Below are positions 41,501 to 53,626 of a stretch of DNA of 63,001 nt, in pieces. Each line of letters starts with the position of its first letter. Within the stretch, counting starts at the first letter, position 1. This DNA comes from Phoronis australis (Eukaryota; Animalia; Phoronida), in the NCBI GenBank assembly GCA_002633005.1, contig NMRA01000302.1, forward strand, positions 191,822 through 254,822. The letters run 5' to 3'. A model generated the notes under the pieces. The model was not told the DNA's origin and did not search any database. It saw nothing but the letters and a program-made list of their open reading frames with translations. The position numbers and the translations under genes were made by a program.

Positions 41501-44500
41501 GCAGCAGCTGGCTATGGGCATAGAATATAGGGTTTAGGGAACATCGACCTCGGGAAACATCGTCACAGGAAATATCAGTTCTGGATAATATCGGTCCCGG
41601 GGAATATCGTAAAGCATCGGGTATTTTATAACCGCCGGGAATCTTTGAGTTCATTTTCAAATAAACCACTGGCACGTACCCGGGTGCTTAACAGAGCCAA
41701 GCCGGTATACTCTTTCATTTAGGACTGTAGCTGTTCTCTTTTGATTTGCAGGTTTGAAGTCCCCCCACTTGAATCGTTGGAGCAGGCCTACACTTTACAT
41801 ACGCGCACCCAGCCTAAAATATAGGGCGGGTCGAATTCTTCCTGTTACTGAAAAAAATCAACGAGGACCAAAAAACGGGGCCAATACGTTCAGGCTTGCC
41901 AATCGTGCATCCGCGCCGAATTCCTGTGGACTTTGTGAATTTTTGTCTCGTTTACTCAAGGGACTTTTTGTTTCACTGAGGGAACTTTTTTGCCCAATTC
42001 GCCAATTCGCCCCGATCCCCCCTGGATGCGCCCATTATTTACGCTGGCAGCAACGTGGGAAAGTCAAATCATATTTCGCGCACGTAGCCCCAGAAATAAG
42101 GGGTTAGATAATTTCTTGGTAACTGAAAGTAAAGACGTGGCCGTCGCTTGGCGATTAATAGGGTTGTCATTTTCACTTTCAGTGGCGGATTTAGAGGGGG
42201 GGCCATGCCCCCCCCTAAAACTCTCCCAGATTCTATTTGGTAGTTCGGAGGTGCGCCTTCTGACGGGCAAAATCCTGGCTAATACTCTGCTCTGGCCTCC
42301 CCCCTAAATAAAAATCCTGGATCCGCCCCTGACTTTGGCTGTCATAGGCAATAAAAAACGAGACGCACATCTCCAAGTCACGATTTTCTGCCGGGACCGC
42401 TTGCGCGCTAACAACGGGACCGAACAGTACCGCAGTGCCGGCAATATCAGGAATGTTGTGGTGGATATTTGGTACATGTAATAAGGACATCTTACGCAAA
42501 AAATAAACATATCTGTCCACCACAAAGTTTGATAAGTTGATCGCTTAAGAATTAGTGGAAACACCGCCGTGTTGTGACATTTTATCACGTGTTATGCAGT
42601 GGCCCGAAACTTTCCGGCCCGAAACCGGAAACTTGCAAAAGTTGCCGAAAGTGTAAGCAAATGAAACGCGTCAAAGATCGATTCTGCATATCCCATGTTC
42701 ACGCGACTTGCTGACATGTACAAGTCATCGGGAGGGCTGTTCTCGGTTGGCGTTCTTTTGAACTTGGATTTGGAAACAACCAAATAACGGTCGGATTAAA
42801 AAGGTTGCCTTCGTCTTTAACAGCAAAATTATTATGATCATTATGGGGACAAAATTATTATGACCATTATGAGGACTACATTTTATATCCATTATGCGGA
42901 CAAAATCATTATTGTGATCATTATGCAGACAAAATTGTTATGACCATTATGCAGACAAAATTATATCGATGATCATTATGCGGATAAAATTATGTTGATG
43001 ATCATTATGCAGACAAAATTATGTTGATGACCATTATGTGGACAAAACTATGTTGATGACCATTATGTGGACAAAATTATGTTGATGATTATTATGCAGA
43101 CAAAATTATGTTCATGACTATTATGCATACAAAACCATGTTGATGATCATTATGCGGACAAAATTATGTTGATGACCATTATGCAGACATAATTATGTTG
43201 ATGATCATTATGCGGACAAAATTATGTTGATGACCATTATGCGGACAAAATTATGTTGATGATCATTATGTAAACAAAATAATGTTGATGATCATTATGC
43301 AGACAAAATTATGTTGATGATCATTATGCAGACCAAATTATGTTGATGACCATCATGCGGACAAAATTATTTTTATGACCATTATGAGGACAAAATTATG
43401 TTGATGACCATTATGCAGACAAAATTATGTTGATGATCATTATACAAACAAAATAATGTTGATGACCATCATGCAGACAAAATTATGCTGATGATCATTA
43501 TGCAAACAAAATAATGTTGATGACCATTATGCGGACAAAATTATGTTGATGATCATTATGCAAACAAAATAATGTTGATGACCATTATGCGGACAAAATT
43601 ATGTTGACCATTATACGGACAAAATTATGTCGATGATCATTATGCAGACAAAATTATGTTGATGACCATTATGCAAACAAAATAATGTTTATGACTATTA
43701 TGCGGACAAAATTATGTTGATGATCATTATGCAGACAAAATTAGGCTGATGATCATTATGCAAACAAAACTATGTCGATGATCATTATGCGGACAAAATT
43801 ATGTTGATGACCATTATGCGGACAAAATTATGTTGATGACCATTATGCAGACAAAATTATGTCGATGATCATTATGCAGACAAAATTATATTGATGACCA
43901 TTATGCGGACAAAATTATGTTGATGACCATTATGCGGACAAAATTATGTTGATGATCATGATGCAGACCAAATTATGTTGATGACCATTATGCGGACAAA
44001 ATTATGTTGATGATCATTATGCGGACAAAATTATGTTGATGATCATGATGCACACAAAATTATGTTGATGAACATTATGCGGACAAAATTATGTTGATGA
44101 CCATCATGCGGACAATATATTTCGATGATAATTATGAAGACAAAATTATGTCTATGATCATGATGCAGACAAAATTATGTTGATGACCATTATTCGGACA
44201 AAATAATGTTGATGATCATTATTAAGACAAAATTATGTCTATGATCATGATGCAGACAAAATTATGTTGATGACCATTATGCGGACAAAATTATGTTGAT
44301 GACCATGATGTGGACAAAATTATGTTGATGACCATTATGCAGTCAAAATTATGTTGATGATAATTATGCGGACAAAATTATGTTGATGATCATTATGCAG
44401 ACCAAATTATTTTTATGACCATTATGCGGAGAAAATTATGTTGATGATCATCATGCAGACAGAATTAAGTTGATGACCATTATGCGGACAAAATTATGTT

Positions 44501-47500
44501 GATGACCATTATGCAGACAAAATTATGCTGATGACCATGATGTGGACAAAATTATGTTGATGATTATTATGCCAGGCGTGCGTTCAGTAGACGCTAGGAC
44601 CTACGCTAAGACCTAGCTAAAACCTAGTCAATTTCACGAGTTCTAATTTAAAATGCACGGCAATATCTCGCGTAATCTCGCGAAGTCTTACTTTTTAGCG
44701 AGGTCCTAGTGTTACTAAACGGGAGGCACATTTCTTCCGAGAAGTGTAAAAACTTTGCTCGCATACGTTGGAAATTCCAGTTCGCATTTAGCTACTTGAT
44801 ACGAGCTGACAAAAATCTCAGCTCGCATTTCCAAATTTCAGGTCGCAAATGCGACCTGCAGCTCGTTATGTCGAGACCTTGTTTGGGACTTTAAAGCAGT
44901 AGCAAATGACCTGCCAATTCCAACGGAATATTGAAACAGATGTCATAATAGTAAGAGAACATCAATGGCCTCGTTAGTACATCCCTAGATAAACCCGCTG
45001 TTCGTTAAAGAAACTGATCTCTTTCAGTTATAAAATTCCTCTTTTTCGTTAGACAAGCAAAATTTTCTGAGCTTGGAAGGAAATTGTCAGTTCAGTCTTG
45101 CTTGCCAACAGGCTCGCCACGTGAAGTAACCTGGTGTGGCAAAAGGCCAAATTGTTGAGCTTCATCTCAAGCAATGGCAAATTGTCAGTTCTCTTTTTAC
45201 CTCTAAATCACGTCCCATCTGAGAAAATTTATCCCAGTTTTGAAACGGTGAGCGGTCTACACCAAATGTTTCTTCTTTAGCATCAGGCGAGTTAAAGTAA
45301 AACATGTTTAACCTGGATGTGCATAAGATGTGACTGTGTACAATTGTTCTTGAGAGTATAACTTTAATGAATACACAGTATAGCAGCAGGATGGTAAAAT
45401 CTCGCAAATTTAGGACAGATATGGCAGACAATTGAAGTCTCGATTTCATTTTTTTCATAAAAGATAATCCCCCACAATGAATGTTTTGCAACTTCTGCGT
45501 TCTACATGTATATCACACCTGTCACTAAACACTGTTTTGGGAATTTTTTGCCATTCACAAGCCATGTAAGATTAAAAGAGGTCAATTTTTACACATAAGT
45601 TTTGTAGTATTGTAAGGTATAACTTACAATCAACTGTCAGTTGTTGGGCAGGGTCCCAAGGTCCTGGATCGCCAAGACAGTTATAGCAACAACGAAGGTA
45701 TTGCAAATGTTCAGCCACGGACAAGTTGCGGAGAGTGATGTGCGCTACGGATGAGTTTTGCCAGACAGCCTGTAGTGAAACCAGTGAATACAGAAATTAA
45801 ATAGAGAGCATCCATCGTTAACCTCCTCCCTAGAAATCAATCTATCGCCTGTAGAGAACGCCGTCCTAAAGACGCAGCGACGACGATTCCGAGATTAGCC
45901 TTCCGAATGTACCGCAATCCTGCCCTCTAATTGAATCGAGCACAGGCCCTTCGTCGGACTGGGACATGAACGTAAAGACAGGAGCTATTTCTATATCGTC
46001 TCGCTGTTTTGCCTTCAGTTCGCCCGTGCTCCAAGAAGGCAACCAAGTGAGATCGTCCATCCGGGTCTCCTTCCCGTTGTCTCCTCTTCCTCTCACAACT
46101 ACACCGATAGTAGGTTGGGAACATTCTTGATAATCAACTCGTTCACGAACCCCGGTAAGGCCTTGTGTAAAGCGGGTCCGCGTTCACGTGTTGTGATCCC
46201 TTTCATTGTTGAATCTCGAAGTCGTATGTATCAAATGTAGCGATCCACTCGGCTACCATGTCGACTGTACTTTAAATTGCAAAGCCATTTTAACGAGTTG
46301 TTATCACTTCGGACTATGAACTTCCTTCCCAAAGATAGTGGCGGAAGAGTTTAACAAATGCGACCACAGCGAGCAGTTCTCGATGTGTGGTGCAGTAAAG
46401 ACATTGCGTTTTTGATAGTGCCTTGATAGTGAACGCAATGATCCGCTTTTTTGGATTCTCGAAGAGGTTCAGACATTCAAGGCATGTTAACAGTCGTCGC
46501 TTGACGCAAAACTATAATTATTCCTTGTTACAGAAGAAAGGGGCGCCGCAAAAGTAGGGAAGTCTTGAATAGCGAGACGCCAACCACAGGAAACTTGGCA
46601 TCTCACTGCCAATGGTTGGAAAAGGCCAAGAATGGCCTGCTTCCTCCTTGGCTGGGTCACACGCGATACCCTCGAATTACACCACGTGGCAAAATTGATT
46701 TGAAGACCAAGAAGGCTGCAGTTTTTGGACTTCAGGTTAAGGCCAACTTGACGGAAACGTTGTAGGATCTATTTCAGTCTGTAGATACCCTCGTAAAAGA
46801 CTTTGCATGACAGATCCCAGTGTTAGCTAATACATTCATGTGCAATCTTGAGACTGAGGCTCTGTCTAGTTCGCCACCGGGCTGTAAACCATAGGTATGT
46901 GGACGATACGTTTGTTGTGTTTTTATCCAAGAACTCAGTCAACACCTTTTTCAATCTCATGAAAAATATGAATCTGTCCTTAAACTTCTTCATTGAATCT
47001 GAGCACGAGTCGTGTTTACCTTTTCTAGATGTCTTGTTTAAATGCAAGGATAGCACCATTGTCGCATCTGTCTATCGTAATTAAGCCCAGTTTTCTGGGA
47101 TTTATCTTAAGTTGATAGTTTTGTGCCGATCCTATACAAGAGATGTCTAGTCAATTGCTCGTCATATTGTGCCTGGAGACTTTGTTCTACCAATTTAAAT
47201 TTTGATAGTGACGTAGCTAGGATTTTCCAGTTTTTATGTGCCAATGGTTACCATTTGAATTTGTTGGTCTGTCTAGTATATAATCCCACATTGTTTAGTC
47301 ATCTGAAACTAGACAGACCAACAGCCGTGGGGGAACATAATTTGGCGACTGGGCATTCCATCTCCCTTGCGTCATCCAGGATCCTAGCCAGGGAACAAAC
47401 TTGGCATATTCGTAAGCTCAAAGAGGCCATAAACATCAACAGTCAGCGCCCTCTCTTGAACCGGGACCAAGGACTCCACTTACCCCCGTGTACTACAGCA

Positions 47501-48113
47501 TTCTTAACGAGCGAAAGGCGGGAAATCCCTCATTCATCGATAAAGACTTGGCGGACCAGGTTGAAATGTCTGAAGACAACATACCTCGTCCCTATAAGTA
47601 AGTGACCTTCTTATATACTAGAATAATGTGATTGTATTCGGTCAAACCAACAACCAATAGAGACAGCTCCCTGATAAAAAGTTTCCTTTTCCATATTTTC
47701 ATCTACTAAGAAACTGTTTGTTTCTCAACTTTCAAGCTTTGGAGCTTCCATATCCGGTAACTTACGTCAAACCAAGACAAAACTTAAGTCAAAATTTTAA
47801 GACGAAGTTACACGTATGATCACATTCGTGGGACAGATTTAACATAAACTTAAGATTTGTTTTAATATTGACTTATGTTTAAGGTTTGTCTTAGTTAAGA
47901 CAGTTTTCTTGAAAGGGTCCTAGTGTTGTCGGTTTATATGAAAAGAACCAATACATACCCCCGGAGGAAGCTGTGTGTTTTTAAACGTAATGCGAAATGG
48001 CTTGTCTGACTTTGGTTGGCAGCTATTCTCATGCTTCGCTTTTTTACTGACAGCACAGGTCAGCTGTAGGTCCTGGCCAACATCTATGACAGGTTCATTT
48101 GGCAACAAGGTCA
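23543..48113 (-). CDS. Class I cytokine-receptor-like multidomain protein (Ig-FN3-FN3-CCP-Ig-Ig), probably secreted; 5' exon not located; possibly disrupted
   Basis: Exons (minus strand): 48113-47959, 39206-39070 (in-frame TAA and 1-nt phase mismatch), 38775-38649, 35825-35581, 34283-34114, 33218-33047, 31411-31196, 29677-29561, 28461-28323, 26885-26713, 26170-26060, 25051-24892, 23888-23809, 23595-23543 (last acceptor tentative). All junctions from 38775 downward are GT-AG, phase-compatible and open (~685 aa in total). Motifs PSQPNCISQNFYDMDCRW, IKPDP, WSEMS, sushi-like C..GF..GD..TC..W..C, DYRCVAE. Confidence 0.8.
23809..26170 (-). CDS. Receptor-like gene: Ig domain 3 (exons 26170-26060, 25051-24892, 23888-23809)
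   Basis: PTDMRLDG...YPITCSAVIG...ITASATLLIM...KLSCSVTVPG; conserved with the same lengths and splice sites in the paralog. Confidence 0.82.
24150..24710. repeat. Degenerate purine-rich ~60-70-bp intronic minisatellite (paralog at ~60230-60710)
   Basis: Recurring ATCAT..GGACGGTTCA(A/C)TAAAGAAGG..GGCCAAGAG units. Confidence 0.8.
26713..29677 (-). CDS. Receptor-like gene: Ig domain 2 plus Pro/Thr linker (exons 29677-29561, 28461-28323, 26885-26713)
   Basis: APRISQ...TLTIVCKA...VKLY...ENDYRCVAE...TSPPRPTRQPTEE; phases 1/1/2/1 consistent. Confidence 0.75.
27235..27369. repeat. ~135-bp imperfect palindrome (foldback MITE-like)
   Basis: TTACAACTATTATTAAACTCTCTTGGTCTATTTACA... pairs with ...TGTAAATGGATCAAGAGATTTTAATGATAGTTGTAA. 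Confidence 0.75.
29454..29527. repeat. (GA)n microsatellite
   Basis: Perfect dinucleotide run ~35 bp downstream of a receptor-gene donor site. Confidence 0.98.
30518..30943. repeat. Inverted repeat pair of ~37 bp (possible MITE ends)
   Basis: GCTGTGCGTGAACTTGGAATCCTGCTTAATCTCAA versus TTGAGATTAAGCAGGATTCCAAGTTCACGTACAGC. Confidence 0.65.
31196..31411 (-). CDS. Receptor-like gene exon: CCP/sushi-like module (phase 1-1)
   Basis: CEIDSYVG...VTHDCVTGFAINGD...ATCLGNNKWD...KCL; four Cys plus Trp. Confidence 0.8.
33047..33218 (-). CDS. Receptor-like gene exon: FN3 end with WSXWS-like motif
   Basis: IANLVPDTEYMVVVRGKINMNTNPHWSEMSAVFGKTRPD. Confidence 0.9.
33938..34092 (-). mobile_element. ~150-bp CAGKGGCGGAT-TIR MITE with 5-bp TSD
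   Basis: TSD ATAAC on both sides; homologous to 42180-42331 and partial copy 12265-12374. Confidence 0.75.
34114..34283 (-). CDS. Receptor-like gene exon: second FN3 start
   Basis: KPDPVQELSARPAIGDPSTKLNVTWRPP...FEVSYRNK. Confidence 0.88.
35581..35825 (-). CDS. Receptor-like gene exon: FN3 second half
   Basis: NSCLAN...RTYCFIVKVTRGQHSLGPKLYEVKANPEI; phase 2 to phase 1. Confidence 0.75.
38649..38775 (-). CDS. Receptor-like gene exon: cytokine-binding FN3 start (C-x9-C-x-W)
   Basis: PLSLPSQPNCISQNFYDMDCRWVLPYPYITSLDIQVNFTKT; ttttcag acceptor, gtaagt donor. Confidence 0.85.
39070..39206 (-). pseudogene. Receptor-like gene exon: Ig second half, apparently frameshifted
   Basis: QLHSSGRESVLDSLPQSIQQSPRHIKCLMAPFIIDHIVNSSS*; 137 nt where 136 would keep phase with the next exon. 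Confidence 0.45.
39242..39299. repeat. (GAT)n-like microsatellite
   Basis: Degenerate trinucleotide run. Confidence 0.85.
39519..39654 (+). mobile_element. ~150-bp Harbinger-like MITE (GCGTGCGTTCAGTA family)
   Basis: CAG on both sides; homologous to copies at 44576, 55930 and 61995. Confidence 0.65.
42180..42331 (+). mobile_element. ~150-bp CAGKGGCGGAT-TIR MITE with 5-bp TSD
   Basis: CAGTGGCGGAT...ATCCGCCCCTG termini; TSD ACTTT. Confidence 0.8.
42830..44571. repeat. 29-bp satellite array (GATGAYCATTATGCRGACAAAATTATGTT), ~60 copies
   Basis: About 1.75 kb of tandem units, more degenerate at the left edge. Confidence 0.98.
44576..44726 (+). mobile_element. ~150-bp Harbinger-like MITE abutting the satellite
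   Basis: GCGTGCGTTCAGTAGACGCTAGGACCT...AGGTCCTAGTGTTACTAAACGGGAGG. Confidence 0.75.
45860..46470 (-). mobile_element. Degenerate Ty3/Gypsy pol fragment (RNase H region and linker)
   Basis: Minus-strand RIIAF..KALSKTQ..YCTTHRELLAVVAFVKLFRHYL, followed by TFDTYDFEI; frameshifts. Confidence 0.8.
46860..47610 (+). mobile_element. Degenerate Penelope-like element (RT C-terminus and GIY-YIG C-terminus)
   Basis: RYVDDTF...LPFLDV...VYR, then TAVGEH..TGH..ILARE...RKLKEAINI...LNRDQG. Confidence 0.85.
47959..48113 (-). CDS. Receptor-like gene exon: N-terminal Ig-like domain, first half
   Basis: TLLPNEPVIDVGQDLQLTCAVSKK...FKNTQLPPG; ttccag acceptor, gtatgt donor; resembles the start of gp130/G-CSFR D1. 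Confidence 0.75.
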
Positions 48114-49305
48114 CTGGAATGAATAATAAATGCATACAAATCAGCTTTTTAAACAAAATTCATTTCTTCACCTTGCACACCAGAGCTACATGTGGGTTCA
48201 GGGGGCGCTCGTGTGCTCGAACCTTCGCCAGCAAAATCAAATGCCATACTGAAATTACCAAGCACACAGCACTCCAGCAGCCTCATTTTTCTACCCCTGA
48301 GTTCACTTACGAGACTTTTAACAAGTAAAGATAAAAGAACGTTCCTAGAGATCGCGTTTAAAAGCAGTGACGTCTTCAGCCTTTCTCTTTAGAAGATGAA
48401 TGGAGTAATTATCAATGACGGTCACAATAGCTCATAATACGGTGCATCACAACAGAAGGACTTTAAAAAGAGAAATTCTTTCTATCACTGAAAATTGAAT
48501 TATACATTCTTCATATATATATATAACAGCAAGCCTGTGTTTTTGAAACGGGATGAACTACTTTCTGACAAGTTTCAGTGCCTCAAATTATAAATTGCCC
48601 CCATCGTCGGAGTTACGACACATAACTTGGAAACGGTGACGCAAATAAACAGGGCACTACACGTTCTTTTACGAACATGACATTTCATTTTTCCTTTCTA
48701 CTTTATCCTGTACTGGTGAGACTTTCCATGGAAAGTGGCCAACTGGGGCAGACGCAAGACACTTGTGAATGTGACAAGGTCAGCCGTGATCAAGTGAGTG
48801 AAAAACGGGACTTTACTTGCGCATACTCGAAAACTTCGAGCGAAGGGGTGATTGGTCAACGAAGCTGGAAAGTTGAGTTACGGGATGGAATTCTTCGATT
48901 TTGGGAAATAATCAAAGATGTCTACGGAACGCACCGCTGGGAACTCGGCAGTGCAAGCGCAACAAAATTTCCAGAAAATTTAACTTACAGCCACAGCGTA
49001 TGGAAAAGGCGTTGACAGGTGTCGCTGCACAAATCAGAAGTAACGTGATAGTGAAAGTTTTCACTAATGACCACGAAATAGTCAAGGGACAAGCGGCAGC
49101 TGCAAAGGTACACAGTTACTAAAGTCATTTCCAAAACGTATTCCAGTAACAAGAAATCAACAAGCAAGTAATGAGATTGAAATTTAACGATGTTGTTGTT
49201 AAAAACAGCGTTTCCACCGTGATTCCTTATCATACGAGTCTTGGACAGCGCACCATAGGAGGCTGAGGGGCTTTAGCCGCACTTTTTTCAGTGCTGCGCC
49301 GCCCA

Positions 49306-49829
49306 CATTACGGCGTTTTCCCGTTGCTCCAAACTCTTTCGATTCTATAGCCCAACAACAAGTTGGGAAGTTTACTCATGTAGCCAATATCTTACACGAC
49401 TGATTAACTCCATTCTGGCATTTATGGTTGGAGGGCCAGCTCTCTTTTGTTCGATAATTGCTCTGATCTCCAACAAGATCGTATCTACCCTGACTGGGCT
49501 GTGCTGTTAAAAATAAAAGTTATAACATATTTTAACATAAATCATTAGCATTTCTGAAATCTTCGTCAAATGTTGATCAGGTTTAGTTTTTGAATTGCCA
49601 AAATCGCCCAACTGCAACCGAAGTTACGACAATCTATTCTTTCCGAATACACCAATTCACTCTGAGTTTGACTGTGTTCACACGTGGTCTGTAATAAGCC
49701 TGGTAGATAAGTGACCTGCTTGTTGCCGTAACAGACAAAAGAGTGTGCTTGGCAGTTAACAAAGAAGCTAGATGTTATCACACGCTCAGAACCCCCTTCG
49801 TCTGGTAAAGTGACTGAACGGCCGTAATG
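49306..49829 (+). mobile_element. ~540-bp non-autonomous DNA transposon, copy 3
   Basis: CATTACGGC...GCCGTAATG termini; internal sequence homologous to 1539-2073. Confidence 0.8.
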
Positions 49830-52800
49830 AACCCATGAGATAACTACAGCACATTAAGATTTCAATCTACCGTGGGTGCTGCGGAGTGCAGTGCTTGTTC
49901 AAAGTTAAACAAAAGCAAAAACGGGCTAGATGACGAATGTTATTTGGACAAAATATAACTCGAGGTTTTCATCCACTGCAAATGTTTCTCAATTACCGGC
50001 GCTGGTGTCGTTTTTGAACTGTGTTGTGGGACGGCTATAGGCTGGTAAGAATATGCTGACGTCATACAGTAGGTAACATGCAGAGTATTCGAATATTTAG
50101 TGACGACGTACCGTGGCAGTATATGATGCAATTTGGACCCGAATATAAGAATAGACATGCCGTCACACTGATTCCAAAACGTCACAATGACGTCAAATGA
50201 TGTCATGCTAAACATTCCTATAGGCAATATGTCAGAAAAAACACTGTTCACGCTAACTCGCCAATACAAAACGTAGTACGACTAAGCAACAATAAATAAA
50301 AATGAAATAAAAGACTAGAACCGATTCAGAGCACAATATGGTGGACAAGTTTTAACATTCCACGAGAAAATCGAAAGAAATCAAAAAATCACTCTAGGAG
50401 TCATCTTTCAGATTCAGCTTAAACTTTGTGCATGTAATGGTGGTGTGGCTCTGATACAAAAATCACTAATTTTGCAATATTGACCTCTTGGTTTGTTGCC
50501 TATACGCCCTCAAAGGTTCACGAAGAAAATGACATGTTTTTGCTTACCGAAAACAGTAATCAAAAGACGGACATAAAAACAGATAGATTGCATGCAATCG
50601 GTGAAAACACATAACGGAATTAGGAAGTGAGACATAAGGACTCCCGGATAAAATGAATTCTAGTAACAACATTTTGGAATGAAGGAAACGTATGGCTATG
50701 TTGAGCGTTTAGATTCAAACTCCGCGGACCAATAGTTCACAAATAGTTCACAAAAAGCTTTGGAACTGTCTTTGCCTTTAATAATGCCGCGTAAAATTGA
50801 GTGATTTAATCGAGTGTAATCGTCATGCTTGGCTGTTCGTTTTCCCGTGATTTATCGTATAATACAGAATGGCGTGGCGTTGCATTTGCGATGATTATGA
50901 CAACTCCTAGGAGTCTATTCACTTGACTTCTCTGCACTGTGTAAACTCATACGTAACATTAATGTCAGTGCATCTTGCAAACTTTAAATTAAAGTCACTT
51001 TTCTTCCTTTTCTCGTTTTGAGAAAATGTATAGAATATCAAGTGAAAGGTATAAAAGTATTTTGAATCATGTGTTTCTTAGTAAGGTATTACCGATTATT
51101 TTAATTGTTCGCTAGGTGTCAGGGGTGTAACTTGCACTCGATTTTGCTTTCATTGTATATCAGTAATATTGAGCAAGGGCTACAAAACAAGTAACTCCAA
51201 ACTTGTAGGTCTTTTAAGTATGCACTGACTTGTGCTTGACGATGGATTGGTAATATTTGCAAACACGGTATTTAATTTGCAAAGGTCTGCAGATATTTTT
51301 AACTATTTTGTAGGAACTGAATGAAACTAGATAGTAAGCATGACATGTGAAATAATATTAGAAAACGATGTGCTTAAGTGTGATGATTTAAATTTAGCTC
51401 TTGCATTTGTTAGCGTCTGGTAAGAGAGAGAGAAACTTTTATTTTTTGAATCATATAAAACATATATTGTTATATGACTGGGTGGCCAGCAAAGGCACGG
51501 GCTGCTAAATGCTGACCTCCGAGTAAAAATAAATAAAATAGATATGAACAATTTTCTCGATGTGTCGTGGGGTACTAATTCATCTACACCACTCTCGGTA
51601 CGTTTTGAGTATGTATCCACCGAGAGATTTTGAGTAGATTGACATGTGCTTTCCTTTCATTCAGGAATTTATGCTATTTTCACTTATATACTGTTATAAA
51701 TAGGCCGCCAACTCTGTCTACTAACAGAGCACAAGAGCTGTAATCTGTGTCTACTCACTAGCGGCGCCTTCCGAGCATATTGTACATTCATTGTACATCT
51801 GCTGACCGTGACATGACGTTTTCAATGGCATTTCTTGAATCATTGTCGAATGTGCATGTGATGTAGAACAGATTTTTTAATGCCGAAAAAACTTTCCTAG
51901 TGCTATGCAATACAATGCATATCAGAATTTTCAAGTACCGTCCCAAGACAATGATCGGGTGCTGAGATCTGGGTAAGAAGTGACTTGCGCCTTCGCTGGG
52001 AATTCATAAGGAAATGTCGAATCTGATCTTTTGAATATGTAGTCATGCATGACTGGTTGTTTGGTGATTCCTACGGAGCAGATACATATAACAAGTTTCT
52101 AAACGTCTGCTGCTTTTAATTGCCTACCTTTGATGTAGCACATTGCATTGCGTTTTTATAATGCTCGCCGCTCTTGATGTTAACATCCAATCGGAAATGT
52201 TTATGAAACGCAGTTCTATGTTTGAGATAACTACGTGATCATAAAAACATGATTCGTCATTTGCAGTTGCTACTAATAAGGGTCCGTGTCAATAAAAGTA
52301 CATGGCTTAAGACTTAAGATTAAAATTTCGTCTTACGCCCCACAATTCTATTTCTGAAATAGCATTTTATATTTCATTAAACAAATATACGGTCTTAGAA
52401 AATATATTCATACATGTAGATGCTAGTTCTCCTAATGATTTTCATAAATTATTTCTTAAGTGCCTTGTGCTAACCATTAAATGGCAAAACTGTTACGTCA
52501 TTAGGAAGTGGGAGTTTAGTCAAAGTTTCTGGTCGCTTTTCATTGAAAATATCTCAGTCTTGATAATGAAATGAGAAATACCGGGCTTTGATGGCATTGG
52601 ACGCATTGATATTTTATGGATTGTGAGAAATCATTATTTCGCTCTTGATCATTGTGAAGGTATATCAGTATCATACATTTATATTTAAATTAATATTTCT
52701 ATTCAGTTTTAAATTTATAATGATTTTGGTATATATCATTGAAGTTCTTGTTGCATTTTATATGTGTAATTCTGTGCATTCAACTGTATATACTGCTATA

Positions 52801-53626
52801 TTATGTAATACTTGACGTACAGATATGCTTTCCAGCGGTTTCATGGCTCAGTTGTTATTATTGTGCATTGCAATTTTTCGTAATAATAAACATTAACCAA
52901 TTATTTCGCTACAAATAGGACGATCTCACTTTCCGTAAACAGTTGGTGGGAAGAAATAATAACCCAAATTCAATAGATATAATCTGCTATTCATGTTTCA
53001 CTGGGTCGAGCTTAGCAATTCATTTGAGTATGGCAAAAACAGTGAGGAAATCAAGTGACCAAATGTGCGCTTAAAGAGGCATGGAACGCGAAAGCTCGTC
53101 ATGAATGCCTTCCAAACAATTCCTGGCGAAAATATAATCTCGCAACGGGATTGTTCAGACAAAAGAAAAATTCAAAACATTCACGATTTTTGAAATACGC
53201 GCTGAGGAAAAACTGTGTTGTCCCTACAAAGTTTCTAATCTCACGCCCACGTGTGATCAATGTGTTATGGCTCAGTACAGGAATCCTCAAGTGGGGATTC
53301 TGAGACTGTTCAACAATGGAGCAGCAATGCACTGCACGACTGTTTCTTTTATTCTGTTGTAGGTAACCAATTTTTGTCATTGAAGAGTAAACAGCGGCAA
53401 CTTTTAATGACCGTGCTCCAAATGGCCTGTGCGACAGGCAGGATATTTTACTGTTGACAGTGCTATCTCTGTTCCATGTCTTCAGAAATGGTTAGAAACA
53501 GTCAATGTCGGCAGTTGGGAAATGAGATGTAACACCTGATGCTTACATCACTTTGACCTGTTGACCTTTTAAACTAGTGAGAAGGCAGAGTTTGCCTTGG
53601 AAAAAGCAGCAGCGGAAGAGGAACAT

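Noticed and set aside
42830-44571. Possible CRISPR array (29-bp repeat)
   Set aside because: Units are directly adjacent with no unique spacers, there are no cas genes, and the context is a eukaryotic intron.
51745-51800. Candidate first exon of the receptor-like gene (minus strand, gtgagt donor, phase 1)
   Set aside because: The peptide MYNECTICSEGAA is not a signal peptide and there is no other support.
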